Shown here: piece by piece, positions 1-9,579 of the stretch
Position numbering within the stretch: position 1 is the stretch's first letter
Layout: each line of letters opens with the position of its first letter
From: Acidobacteriota bacterium
GTDB taxonomy: Bacteria; Acidobacteriota; UBA6911
DNA: 64,000 nt
Assembly: GCA_050011535.1 (NCBI GenBank)
Contig: JBEKIX010000005.1
Span: 1,347 to 65,346, forward strand
Reading direction: 5' to 3'
Position numbers and translations under genes: made by a program
Notes under the pieces: generated by a model
What the model saw: the letters and a program-made list of their open reading frames with translations, nothing else
The model's database searches: none
What the model was told of the DNA's origin: nothing

Positions 1-2200
1 AGACTTGCGTGTCCGGCAAATTCAACGAGAGCGATCGCCACGTGTCGCCGTCATCATAGGAAATGTAAAAGCCGTGCTCCGTGCCGGCGTAGAGCAGCCC
101 GCGCCGCGTTTGATCCTCACGCACCGAGTGCACATAATCCTTCGCGCCAATCCCGTTCACAATCTTCGTCCACGTCCTGCCGAAGTCGTGGGTCCGGAAA
201 ATGTAAGGCGACATGTCGTTCAAGAGCGGCTTCTTCACCGCCGCATACGCCGTGCTTGCGTCAAACGACGAGGCATCGATGATGCTCACACGGCCGAAAT
301 CCGGCATCTCTTTCGGCGTCACGTTCGCCCACGTCTTGCCGCCATCGCGCGTGACGTTGATGAACCCGTCGTCCGATCCCGCCCAGAGCACGTTGACGTC
401 GGTCTTCCCGGGTCCAAGCGCGAACACCGTGGCATAGACTTCAGGCCCGTTCATATCATGGGTGATCGGCCCGCCCGAATCGCCCATCGTTTTCGGATCG
501 TGGCGCGTCAGGTCCTCGCTGAGTCGTTGCCACGTTTGACCGCCGTTGATTGTCTTCCAGACGTGCTGCGTGGCGGTGTAGAGCACATGCGGATCGACCG
601 GCGAGAAGATGATCGGGAAAGTCCACTGCACGCGCTCTACCAGGGCGCTCGATGCTTCTCCCGAGAACATGCGCGTATACGGCCCGACCTCCCGACTCTC
701 GCCCGTCCGGCGGTTTACCATGGTCAGGAACGAGCCGTTGTTGCCGCCGGCAAAAAAGACGTCGGGATCTTTCGGATCAGGTGCTATGTAGCCGGGTTCT
801 GCGCCCCCAGGACTGTATGTCGCCGGCGCAGCGGGGCCGCCACGGCCACCCCCGCCTCCGCCCCCGCGGCCGCCGAAGCCTCCGCCGAGGCCCGTGTCGC
901 TCGGCACGCAGATTGTGCTCGCGTCCTGCTGCGCGCCGCAGACGTGATAGGGAATGTGCTTCGTCGTGATGACGTGGTAAAACTGTCCGGTCGCATAGGC
1001 ACGCGAGGTAAAAGTCGTGGGTTGCGACAACGCACTGTACGTCACCGCGCCGCCGCTGTCACTCGCGTGCAAAACGTGATTCGAGTCGTCAGGGTCAATC
1101 CAGAGGTCGTGCGAGTCCCCGCCGGTAAAGTTCACCATCGTCTTGCCGCCGTCCGTCGACTTGAATGTTCCGACATTTTCGACGTAGACGAGATCCTTGT
1201 TCTTCGGATCGGCGAACACATGCGTGTAGTAGAACGCGCGCTGGCGGAGATTGTTGTTCGGATTCACGAGCTTCCAGGTAGCGCCGGCATCGTCCGAGCT
1301 GAAAAGGCCGCCGTCGGCTGCCTCGATGATGGCGTAGACGCGGTTCGAGTCGGCGCCGGAAACTGCGACACCGATCTTGCCCATCACGCCCGGCGGGAGG
1401 CCCGGATTGCGCGTGATCTCTTTCCAGGTCTCTCCCCCGTCGGTCGATTTGAACAGGCCGCTTCCGGGCCCGCCGCTCGACATCTGATACTCGAAGCGAT
1501 AGGCCTCCCAGAGCGAGGCGTACATCACGTCAGGATGGTTGCGGTCGATCGCGATGTCGGCCGCACCGGTCTTGTTGTCACGGAACAGCACGCGCCTCCA
1601 GTTTCTGCCGCCGTCCGTGCTCTTGTACACGCCGCGTTCGTCGCTCGTTGCCCCATACTTGCCGAAGGACGCGACGAAGACTATGTCGGGATTGGTCGGA
1701 TGAATGCGGATCTTCGAAATTGCATCCGAATCGGAGAAGCCGACATGCGTCCATGTCTTTCCTGCATCCGTCGATTTGTATACGCCGTCGCCCGGCAGAA
1801 TGTCGCCGCGGATGCACGACTCGCCCATGCCGATGAACACTTCATCAATGTTTGTCTCCGAGACGGCAAGCGCGCCGACAGAGGAGCTGTGAATCTGACC
1901 GTCGGTAATGGGCGCCCAGGTTTCGCCACCATCCGTGGTCTTCCACAATCCGCCCCCCGTCGCCCCGAAATAGCCTTCCTTCGGGCGTTCCCTCACGCCG
2001 GAGATCGCGATCGATCGCCCTCCGCGTTGCGGGCCGATGCTGCGCCAGTGAAGGGTGTTGAGGATGAGCGGATCGATTGGCCCGCTCACCGCCGGCACGG
2101 ACCCGGTTTGCCGCGCCGCCTGCAGGTACAAACTCAAAGCTCCGGTTATGGCGAAGGCACATACGATTGTTAAAATGACGAGGCGCGCTGGGTGACGCAT
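1..2200 (-). CDS. BNR/Asp-box repeat protein (GH74/sortilin-like), partial; the C-terminus runs off the left edge
   Basis: Minus-strand translation from ATG at 2200 gives MRHPARLVILTIVCAFAITGALS (signal peptide) followed by repeated S-x-D-x-G-x-T-W Asp-box motifs (WKTTDGGETW, YKSTDAGKTW, FKSTDGGETW, FKSTDGGKTM). RBS GGAGGAG lies upstream. The plus-strand 722-aa ORF here is an Arg-rich antisense artefact. Confidence 0.8.
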   Translation of the reverse strand, partial: MRHPARLVILTIVCAFAITGALSLYLQAARQTGSVPAVSGPIDPLILNTLHWRSIGPQRGGRSIAISGVRERPKEGYFGATGGGLWKTTDGGETWAPITDGQIHSSSVGALAVSETNIDEVFIGMGESCIRGDILPGDGVYKSTDAGKTWTHVGFSDSDAISKIRIHPTNPDIVFVASFGKYGATSDERGVYKSTDGGRNWRRVLFRDNKTGAADIAIDRNHPDVMYASLWEAYRFEYQMSSGGPGSGLFKSTDGGETWKEITRNPGLPPGVMGKIGVAVSGADSNRVYAIIEAADGGLFSSDDAGATWKLVNPNNNLRQRAFYYTHVFADPKNKDLVYVENVGTFKSTDGGKTMVNFTGGDSHDLWIDPDDSNHVLHASDSGGAVTYSALSQPTTFTSRAYATGQFYHVITTKHIPYHVCGAQQDASTICVPSDTGLGGGFGGRGGGGGGGRGGPAAPATYSPGGAEPGYIAPDPKDPDVFFAGGNNGSFLTMVNRRTGESREVGPYTRMFSGEASSALVERVQWTFPIIFSPVDPHVLYTATQHVWKTINGGQTWQRLSEDLTRHDPKTMGDSGGPITHDMNGPEVYATVFALGPGKTDVNVLWAGSDDGFINVTRDGGKTWANVTPKEMPDFGRVSIIDASSFDASTAYAAVKKPLLNDMSPYIFRTHDFGRTWTKIVNGIGAKDYVHSVREDQTRRGLLYAGTEHGFYISYDDGDTWRSLSLNLPDTQV

Positions 2201-2486
2201 TCGACTCCTCCTATATGGCAGGAACATTCCCGATTAGAAAGGGCTCGTCCTGACTGACACCACGGATTAGGACGAAACGTGGAAGCATTTTTATCCCGCC
2301 TGACTGCGTCGAGCAAGGAAATTCCGGTACGATCAGGGGCGCGCTTCACCGAACTTCATCCATCGCGCGAAATCAGTGATATTCTTGCCCCATGACTGTT
2401 TAGCATTTTTCTGAGATTCGGATCGCATTATCGAAAGGCAGGACAAACCTCGAAGACTCAAAGACTCTAAGAGCCTCGAAGAGGCA

Positions 2487-3326
2487 TTGGCGATGAGCAG
2501 CCTGGAATTCTGCGTTTTGACCGGCCTGGGATCCGTGGCGGCCGGATTGCTGGGATCGCTTACCGGATTGGGCGGCGGCGTGGTAATTGTGCCCCTCCTT
2601 ACTCTGGTCATGGGAGTGGATCTGCATTACGCGATCGGAGCCTCGCTCGTCTCGGTAATCGCCACCTCGTCGGGAGCGGCAGCGGCTTACGTAAGGGAGG
2701 GCTTTTCGAATATCCGCATCGGCATGTTTCTGGAGATGGCGACTACCCTGGGGGCGCTGTTCGGCGCTGGTTTGGTGGCCGTCGTGCCGGCCGCCGCCGT
2801 GGCAGTTATTTTCGGGCTCGTCCTGATTTATTCGGCGTGGGTATCGAGAGATTCAGGCGGCACGGCCGGCAATAGCTCCCCGGATCCGCTGGCCGCCCGG
2901 CTCGGCATGGATGGCAGTTACCCTGGTCTGGAGGGACCTGTGGCCTATAACGTGCACGCCGTTCCTACCGGTTTCAGCCTCATGTTTGTTGCGGGAACGC
3001 TTTCCGGTTTGCTTGGAATAGGGTCTGGAGCTGTAAAGGTCCTGGCCATGGATCGAGCCATGCGCATCCCTTTCAAAGTCTCGACCACGACCAGCAACTT
3101 CATGATCGGCGTCACGGCCGCCGCCAGCGCCGGAGTGTATCTCCATCGCGGGTACATCGATCCCCTTGTGAGCATGCCCGTGATGCTGGGGGTGTTGTCC
3201 GGCTCCATGGTCGGAGCGCGCATATTGATGAACACAAGAACGAAATCGCTGCGCCAGATCTTCCGGCTCATCCTCCTGGTGCTTGGCATGGAGATGCTCT
3301 ATAAAGCGGCGACGGGGAGCTTTTAA
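2487..3326 (+). CDS. sulfite exporter TauE/SafE (TSUP/DUF81) family membrane protein
   Basis: Gly/Ala-rich multi-TM protein with duplicated GxxxG-rich halves (LTGLGGGVVIVPLL ... GIGSGAVKV), typical of the TSUP family. Confidence 0.85.
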   Translation: MAMSSLEFCVLTGLGSVAAGLLGSLTGLGGGVVIVPLLTLVMGVDLHYAIGASLVSVIATSSGAAAAYVREGFSNIRIGMFLEMATTLGALFGAGLVAVVPAAAVAVIFGLVLIYSAWVSRDSGGTAGNSSPDPLAARLGMDGSYPGLEGPVAYNVHAVPTGFSLMFVAGTLSGLLGIGSGAVKVLAMDRAMRIPFKVSTTTSNFMIGVTAAASAGVYLHRGYIDPLVSMPVMLGVLSGSMVGARILMNTRTKSLRQIFRLILLVLGMEMLYKAATGSF

Positions 3327-3327
3327 G

Positions 3328-3717
3328 ATGCCCGGATCGAAGCACGCGTTAACGGATAAGCAGGTGGATCAGATCATCGGCAATCTGCTCAGGATCGGAG
3401 TTACAGTCGCCGCTCTCGTCGTGCTGGCCGGCGGCGTTGCTTATCTGGTCTTCCATCCTGGCGCGACGCAGAATTTCCGGGCGTTCTCTGGCGAACCCGC
3501 CGAGCTGCGGAGCGTATCTGCCATCGTCAAGGGCTCCCTGGCCCTGCACAGTGTCCAGATAATCCAGCTTGGCCTTCTGCTGCTGATCATCACGCCGGTG
3601 GCGCGCGTGACCTTTTCAGTCCTGGCTTTTGCGCTCCAGCGCGATCGCACCTACGTGATCGTCACGCTGATCGTGCTTTCGCTGCTCTTGTACAGCGTCC
3701 TGGGCGGGCGCTATTGA
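3328..3717 (+). CDS. DUF1634 membrane protein (usual TauE partner)
   Basis: Small 4-TM protein immediately downstream of TauE. Start ATG 3328 lies 1 nt after the TauE stop. Confidence 0.65.
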   Translation: MPGSKHALTDKQVDQIIGNLLRIGVTVAALVVLAGGVAYLVFHPGATQNFRAFSGEPAELRSVSAIVKGSLALHSVQIIQLGLLLLIITPVARVTFSVLAFALQRDRTYVIVTLIVLSLLLYSVLGGRY

Positions 3718-3730
3718 CCGGCAAAAAGGG

Positions 3731-5608
3731 CTACTTGGAAATCACCGGCAATTCGACGTGTGATGGGTATCGGGGGCTCCGATAGATTCGCTGAGTAGCC
3801 TTCTGGTAGTCGCCCGGCCCGGCCAGAAAGATGTTCGGCACGAACTTCTGAGGGTTGCGATCGATCAGGGGAAACCACGTGCTCTGCACCTGGACCATGA
3901 TACGGTGGCCCTTGCGAAACGCGTGATCATTTGTGTGAAGATCAATCACAAATTCGTACGGCTGGTTGGCCGCGAGCGGCTCGGCTTTTTCAAAACCGGC
4001 GCGGAAGCGCCCGCGGAAGACCTCATTCGCGATCATCAGCTGATAGCCGGCCATCGCCGGATCTTCAGGATAGGATTCCGGGTAGACATCGATGAGTTTG
4101 ACAATCCAGTCGCTGTCGGTGCCCGAGGTCGAGGCAAAGAGATGGGTGACAAGATCGCCCGCGACAGTCAGATCGGCCCCTAGCACTTCGGTTGCCCATC
4201 GGGCCGTGTCCGGCCGCAGATCCACAAACCGCTGATCTTCAACCAGCCACGTCGACCATGTGCTTCCCGGGCCGTAGGTCGGCTGGATCGGCCTGCGTCT
4301 GTAGGGTAACGGATAGGCGGGATCCGAGAGATAGCTGTCGAAGGCCTCGGCATCGCTGCCTTTCGGTTCCTCGAAAGCGAGCCTCGCGCCGGGCTGAAAG
4401 TAGAGCTTGCGCTTCGCGACATTTCCCTGAGGCGGCCATGAATCCCACGTGCGCCATTGGTTAGTGCCGGTTTCAAACGTCAGCGCTTCCTTCAGCGGCA
4501 GGGCGCCCTTGTCTTTCAGCCAGTAATCGAACCACGCCTTCTGGATGTTTTCGCGAAAGTAGCCGCTGGTGTTGCTGCCGAATTGGACCTGCCCGAGTCG
4601 AGTGCCGTCGCTACGAGCCCATCCGCCGTGATTCCAGGGGCCGGCGACGACATAGTTCATATGCGCGCCGTCGTTTTTTTCGAGCAGCTCATAAATCTTC
4701 AGCGGCCCGTAAAAGTCCTCCTGATCCCACCAGCCTCCGACGTTGAGGTTCGGCACGGTGAGTTTCAGGTCCTTCAGATAGCGAGGAAACGCCTGTTTCT
4801 GCCAGAACTCGTCGTAATCAGGGTGTGCCACGAAATCGTTCCAGGTGGGTATCTTTCCGTGAAAATAGAGTTCATTGGCGCGCGACAGCGGCCCGAGCCG
4901 CAGATACCATTCAAAGGTATCGGCGATGTCGAACGGAAACTGGTAGTTGGTCTTGTCGGTTTCCATTTCAGCCGCATACTCGAAGCCGTAGCTGAGGCGG
5001 AAGGCGCCGTTGTGATGAAAGTCGTCGCCGAGGAACATATCGGCGGGCGAGGCCTGTTCGGACGCGGCCTTCAGCGCCGGATGCGGCTCCAGCAATCCCA
5101 TCGTCGTCAGCCATCCGCCATAGGAGATTCCCAAAAGCCCCGCGCGGCCGTTGTTGCCCGGGATATTCTTCAGGAGCCAGTCTATGGTGTCGTAAGTGTC
5201 GGTGCCCTCGTCAATCGATTTGGGATTGGCGCGATCGCGCGGCGGCCGCTGCATGACGAACTGACCCTCGGATTGAAAGCGGCCGCGTATGTCCTGAAAA
5301 ATAAAAATAAATCCCTCGGGAACCAGTTCTCTGTAATTGCCAAAGGTCCGCGAAAATCCCTGAGGATCATCATTGACGCCGTAGGGAGTGCGGGTAATCA
5401 GAAATGGAAGTGCGGAACCGGCATTCCTGGGGACACAAATCTCGGTATGCAATCGCACGCCGTCGCGCATCGGGATCATCGCTTCCTTCTTGGTGAAGAG
5501 CTGACTCAAATCCGGAGCGTTCTGGCCTGCGCCGCGGATCGAAAAGAACGCGATGGTAATAAAGGCACAAAACAAGGCCGGAAATCCTAATGATCTTTGC
5601 AGCTTCAT
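3731..5608 (-). CDS. CocE/NonD family hydrolase (S15 X-Pro dipeptidyl-peptidase-like), secreted
   Basis: Signal peptide MKLQRSLGFPALFCAFITIAFF and GISYGGW nucleophile elbow, consistent with the CocE/NonD alpha/beta hydrolase family. Start chosen at MKLQ (5608) rather than the ORF-track 5635. Confidence 0.85.
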   Translation of the reverse strand: MKLQRSLGFPALFCAFITIAFFSIRGAGQNAPDLSQLFTKKEAMIPMRDGVRLHTEICVPRNAGSALPFLITRTPYGVNDDPQGFSRTFGNYRELVPEGFIFIFQDIRGRFQSEGQFVMQRPPRDRANPKSIDEGTDTYDTIDWLLKNIPGNNGRAGLLGISYGGWLTTMGLLEPHPALKAASEQASPADMFLGDDFHHNGAFRLSYGFEYAAEMETDKTNYQFPFDIADTFEWYLRLGPLSRANELYFHGKIPTWNDFVAHPDYDEFWQKQAFPRYLKDLKLTVPNLNVGGWWDQEDFYGPLKIYELLEKNDGAHMNYVVAGPWNHGGWARSDGTRLGQVQFGSNTSGYFRENIQKAWFDYWLKDKGALPLKEALTFETGTNQWRTWDSWPPQGNVAKRKLYFQPGARLAFEEPKGSDAEAFDSYLSDPAYPLPYRRRPIQPTYGPGSTWSTWLVEDQRFVDLRPDTARWATEVLGADLTVAGDLVTHLFASTSGTDSDWIVKLIDVYPESYPEDPAMAGYQLMIANEVFRGRFRAGFEKAEPLAANQPYEFVIDLHTNDHAFRKGHRIMVQVQSTWFPLIDRNPQKFVPNIFLAGPGDYQKATQRIYRSPRYPSHVELPVISK

Positions 5609-5648
5609 ATCAGCAACCCTCGTGGCATCAACCAATCTTTATGAAAAC

Positions 5649-5798
5649 CATAGCGCATAGGTAAGCCACTTCGTTCGTGGACCTGGACCTAAACCTCGAC
5701 CTGGACTTCGACGATCTTGTATTCGATACACTCGCGAATGTCCACGTCTACGTCCAGGACCAGGTCCAAGTCCAGGTCCACGTGCGGGGGGCTTATTT
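5649..5798. repeat. hexamer-periodic foldback repeat, copy A
   Basis: Leader CATAGCGCATAGGTAAGCCAC, arm (GACCTG/GACTTC)x6, central ATTCG..CGAAT mini-hairpin, then the inverted arm (GTCCAC/GTCCAG)x7 ending CACGTG, with a GGCTTATTTA tail. Lies between the S9 stop and the CocE start. Confidence 0.7.
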
Positions 5799-7826
5799 AC
5801 TGCTTTCCTTCGCAGGAACTTCGGGCTTGGCAAAGTCTGGAAGCGGATCGCCCCATAAGTAATGGTTGAACCATGACAGGTTGTGCTTCATCACGGCGCG
5901 AATCGATTTGGGCTTTGTGATACCGTGGCCGTAACCTTTGTAAACGACCATTTCCACTTTCACCCCGCGATTCAATAGGCCCAACCTGAGTTCATAGCCA
6001 TTCGGCGTCGGCACCCGCTTGTCCAGCTCTCCGTGCTGGATCAGAGTCGGTGTGCGCGCATTCTTGATGTACGTCATCGGGGAAGTCTTCTGATAAATCT
6101 CGGGGTCCTCGATAGGATCGGCGCCAAGGTAGTTCAATGTGAAGTCGGTGATATCGGTGTTGTAGTAATACGTCGCCCAGTCCGAGATCCCGGCGCCTAC
6201 GGAGATGGCCGCAAAGCGATCCGATGACGTGGTGAGGAACGCCGAGATGTATCCGCCCTCGCTCCATCCCATGCACGCGACCTTGGCCGGATCGACCCAC
6301 CCTTTGCCGATCAGATAGTCCACGCCGGAGATGACGTCCCAGGAATCCCCGACGCCGAGATTCCGCACATTGAGCATTCGGAATTTCTCTCCGTATCCGG
6401 AGCTCCCCCGGTAATTCACTTTGAGAATCAGCGCCCCGCGGCCTGCCCATATGTCCGCGGGATAGTAGCGGGTATCCGGCGTAAGCAGCACCGGACGATC
6501 GACTCCCGTCGGGCCGCCATGGATGATGCACAACAGCGGATACTTCCTGGCCGGGTCGAAATTCGCGGGTTTGATCAAGATGCCTTCAATAGCGGCGCCG
6601 TCACGACTTTTCCATGAGATGACCTCACGCGTGCCCAGAATGAAGTCTTTCGCCTGATCGGTCATATTCGTGAGCCGGCGGGGAGCGAAGTTCTGAACAT
6701 CAGAGACCATGACCTCGCCCAGCGCGCTCGGAGATGCAATCACGAGACCCATCCGCTTTCCGTCCCGTGTGATCGAAAATGCCGATCCGATCAGACTGTC
6801 CGGAACCGTGATCCTCGAAATGTTCCCTGTCGTAGGATCAACCCGGAACAAGTGCGATGCTGTTTTCTGTGCTCCCGAGAAAAAAATGCCGCCGGCGTTC
6901 CATGCCACGAATCCCGGATTTTCGTCGAAGCCGTCGGTAATCGAACGGGGCGTGCCTCCCTCGGCCGGCACAACGGCCAGCCGTGTATTTTGCGCGAATT
7001 GTCTCGCATTGCCCATGGCGCTGGAAAAAACAATCTGGCGTCCGTCGGGCGACCAGTGGGGACTGTTGTCCGGGCCCGGCGAGGAAACAATCTTCTTCAC
7101 CGCGTCGTCAGCCAGATTCAGGACATAGATGTCGGCAGTATTTCCTTGCGTCAGGTCCGGATTCACCGTTGCGCCGAAGGCGATCTTCGTGCCGTCGGGC
7201 GACCAGGAAAAAGAGCCGACGGTAAAATCACTGCCGCGCGTATGTTGTTTGCCGGCCGTTGCCGCGCGCAGGGCTTCCGCCACATCCACGACCCAAAGGT
7301 GAGTGTAGTTGTACTCTTCCCGCACCACCTCGTAATCGTCGTAATATTCCTTGCGGTCCTTCATGTACTGCGACGTGGTATCCGCGGCGCTGTAGGCGAT
7401 CTTCGTGCCGTTCTCAGACCAGGCGAAGCCGCTGACACCCGTTTCCGACTTGGTCAGCTGAACAGCTTCACCGCCGTCGGGGTGAATCATGAAGATTTGA
7501 TTTTTGTCTCCAACGCGGGCGCTGGTGAATGCCAGCCAGGTTCCATCCGGAGACCACTGCGGACTGGATGCGCCCTTCTCCCCTTGTGTCAATTGCCGGC
7601 TGGTACCCGCGCCGGCATCGGCTATCCAGATCTGAGTGACGAAGGCATCCTGCTTGAAGTCCGTTTCGCTGACCACATAGGCCACGTACTTGCCGTTCGG
7701 GGATATCTGGGCCGCGCCGACGGATTTCACCATCAGCAGGTCGTTGATTGTGGGAATACGCGGCGCGTCCGCACTTAAGGCGAGAGATCCACCCAGCAAG
7801 AGAAAGATCAAGGCGCGCGCAGTCAT
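5793..7826 (-). CDS. S9 family peptidase (prolyl oligopeptidase/DPP-like) with N-terminal TolB-like beta-propeller
   Basis: Signal peptide, then repeated 'SPDG' WD40-like (PD40) blades, then the C-terminal GWSEGGY nucleophile and HGELDKRVP..GHG catalytic residues. Confidence 0.88.
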   Translation of the reverse strand: MTARALIFLLLGGSLALSADAPRIPTINDLLMVKSVGAAQISPNGKYVAYVVSETDFKQDAFVTQIWIADAGAGTSRQLTQGEKGASSPQWSPDGTWLAFTSARVGDKNQIFMIHPDGGEAVQLTKSETGVSGFAWSENGTKIAYSAADTTSQYMKDRKEYYDDYEVVREEYNYTHLWVVDVAEALRAATAGKQHTRGSDFTVGSFSWSPDGTKIAFGATVNPDLTQGNTADIYVLNLADDAVKKIVSSPGPDNSPHWSPDGRQIVFSSAMGNARQFAQNTRLAVVPAEGGTPRSITDGFDENPGFVAWNAGGIFFSGAQKTASHLFRVDPTTGNISRITVPDSLIGSAFSITRDGKRMGLVIASPSALGEVMVSDVQNFAPRRLTNMTDQAKDFILGTREVISWKSRDGAAIEGILIKPANFDPARKYPLLCIIHGGPTGVDRPVLLTPDTRYYPADIWAGRGALILKVNYRGSSGYGEKFRMLNVRNLGVGDSWDVISGVDYLIGKGWVDPAKVACMGWSEGGYISAFLTTSSDRFAAISVGAGISDWATYYYNTDITDFTLNYLGADPIEDPEIYQKTSPMTYIKNARTPTLIQHGELDKRVPTPNGYELRLGLLNRGVKVEMVVYKGYGHGITKPKSIRAVMKHNLSWFNHYLWGDPLPDFAKPEVPAKESSK

Positions 7827-7942
7827 CGCAGGTCCTCCCCTTTTCAATTGGGGACAGGCCCCCTTTTGTCGCCATTAGCTGGCAAATCCGCCCAAATACT
7901 CCCGGCGACAAAAGGGGGCCTGTCCCCAATTGAAAAGCATTA

Positions 7943-9124
7943 TTATGACAGAATCAATTTGGCGATTGTCTGAAGCTGCATGTTGGAAGTGCCTTCGTAG
8001 ATCTTCCCGATCTTTGCGTCCCGATAAAACTTTTCCGCCGGAAACTCCTTGGTGTACCCATAGCCGCCGAACAGCTCCAGGCTCTGGCTGCAAACCATCT
8101 CCGCCGCTTCCGAAGCGAAGAGCTTGGCCATCGCAGCCTCTCTGGTGAAAGGACGATTGGACATGCGCAGCCGGGCGGCGTTATAGACCATGAGACGCGC
8201 CGCTTCCAGTTCCGTTGCCATGCGGGCAATCTGGAACTGAGCACCCTGGAAATTCGCAATCGGCTGGCCGAATTGCTTGCGCTCTTTCGAATATTGGATA
8301 GCGGCCTCAAGAGCACCCTGGGCTACGCCAATCATCTGCGCGCCGATGCCGATCCGTCCTTCGTTAAGCGTCTCAATCGACACCTTGTATCCCTTGCCGA
8401 CATCTCCGAGCACTTGCGCGGCCGGCACGAAACACTCCTCGAGAACCAACTCGCAGGTCGAGCTGGCGCGAATTCCCAGCTTGTCTTCCTTTTTGCCGAT
8501 GGTGAAGCCGGGTGTGCCGCGTTCAACCATAAAGGCGGTGATGCCCCGATAACCGGCCTGCGGATTTGCGTTGGCGAAAATGATGAAGAAATCAGCCTCG
8601 CCTGCATTGGTGATCCAGAGCTTGCGTCCGTCGAGCACGAAACCGCCATCACGTGCCGTGGCGCGCGTCGCGAGCGCGAAGGCATCGCTGCCGGAGCCGG
8701 CCTCGGAAAGAGCGTATGACCCGACGATGTCACTGCACAGCCGCGGAAGGTACTTGCGCTTTTGGTCCTCAGTTCCCCAGCGCAGCACGGCGTTGCAAAC
8801 GAGCGTGTTCTGCACATCGACAAGGACACCCACCGACGCGTCCACTCGGGATAGTTCCTCGACGGCTTGTACCGCCATGAAAAAGCTTCCGCCTCCGCCG
8901 TACGCTTCCGGCACGCCGACTCCCATCAGGCCCAGTTCGAAAAACTGCCGGACCAGATCGGGATTCATTTTTGCGTCACGATCCATCTGGCTGACGTGCG
9001 GCCGGATCTGTTCCTCGGCAAACTGGCGGACACTGGTCCGAAAAAGCTGTTCTTCTTCCGTAAAGACGGTCAGCGGCAATGCTCCGCTGTCAGTTTCAGG
9101 CATTTGGGCAGCCATGGGAGTCAC
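7943..9124 (-). CDS. acyl-CoA dehydrogenase
   Basis: ACAD N-terminal, middle and C-terminal domain motifs (YALSEAGSGSDA, GGYGYTKEFPAEKFYRDAKI). Confidence 0.9.
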   Translation of the reverse strand: MTPMAAQMPETDSGALPLTVFTEEEQLFRTSVRQFAEEQIRPHVSQMDRDAKMNPDLVRQFFELGLMGVGVPEAYGGGGSFFMAVQAVEELSRVDASVGVLVDVQNTLVCNAVLRWGTEDQKRKYLPRLCSDIVGSYALSEAGSGSDAFALATRATARDGGFVLDGRKLWITNAGEADFFIIFANANPQAGYRGITAFMVERGTPGFTIGKKEDKLGIRASSTCELVLEECFVPAAQVLGDVGKGYKVSIETLNEGRIGIGAQMIGVAQGALEAAIQYSKERKQFGQPIANFQGAQFQIARMATELEAARLMVYNAARLRMSNRPFTREAAMAKLFASEAAEMVCSQSLELFGGYGYTKEFPAEKFYRDAKIGKIYEGTSNMQLQTIAKLILS

Positions 9125-9229
9125 CTCGGTTGTAGATGTTGCGTTTCAGCAAGGTTTATACCACCAGGATCGGAACACATCCACTATAACTTGCAGACCC
9201 ACTGACGCATGAAAGTGCAGTTTGCCGTA

Positions 9230-9335
9230 TTACCCCTTGTGTCATGGCTCGTGGTCGTGATCGTAGTCGTGATGGGTTTTTTGCGTTCCGTACACCACCA
9301 ACTACGATTACGACCACGATCACGACCACGACATT
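9230..9335. repeat. divergent hexamer-periodic foldback repeat, copy D
   Basis: CCGTATTACCCCTTG leader-like segment, then GTCGTGGTCGTGATCGTAGTCGTGATG, a loop, and the inverse ACTACGATTACGACCACGATCACGACCACGAC. Same GTC-NN-R 6-bp periodicity as copies A-C. Confidence 0.55.
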
Positions 9336-9517
9336 CGTGGAAGGGGCAGTTTTCAAAGGAGTGCAAAGGCGAGCGGGATGAAAATTGCGGGAACGCGAGG
9401 TGCCTCTCTGTCGTTAAAAGTGCGGGAGATTCTGGCACCACGGATTCCAATCCTGAAGGGGAGACGGGAAAAATCGATCGTGCTACTGTATCGATCGTAA
9501 TTGAGGCGTGGGTGTGA

Positions 9518-9546
9518 ATTGACACCCTCCGGGACAAAACCTATAA
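9518..9546 (+). promoter_or_regulatory. sigma70-type promoter of the GWxTD gene (TTGACA-17-TATAAT)
   Basis: Perfect -35 TTGACA (9518-9523) and -10 TATAAT (9541-9546) with a 17-bp spacer, about 35 nt upstream of the start. Confidence 0.6.
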
Positions 9547-9579
9547 TCTAGCAGTAAGAATCCATCCTCAGGAGTAATT

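Noticed and set aside
5-2173. 722-aa plus-strand ORF covering the left edge
   Set aside because: Its translation is Arg/Ala/Val-rich with no motifs and is typical of antisense ORFs in high-GC DNA. The minus strand encodes a convincing signal-peptide BNR/Asp-box repeat protein with an RBS, so the plus-strand ORF is an artefact.
5677-5790. Hexamer arrays as a possible CRISPR array
   Set aside because: The period is 6 bp with no unique spacers, arms are inverted rather than direct, and no cas genes are nearby. Not CRISPR.
5677-5862. Small ORFs encoding DLDLNLDLDFDD… / …LDLDLDLVLDLD… peptides across the hexamer repeats (5677-5862, 37122-37451)
   Set aside because: The 'peptides' are simply the (GACCTG)n repeat read in one frame. 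They continue into antisense of neighbouring genes and have no RBS. Treated as non-coding repeat DNA.
9209-9517. 102-aa ORF (MKVQFAVLPLVSWLVVVIVVVMGF…) in the acd / GWxTD intergenic region
   Set aside because: Its hydrophobic N-terminus is the translation of the (GTCGTG)n foldback arm, and the remainder is Arg-rich. No RBS. Judged a repeat artefact.
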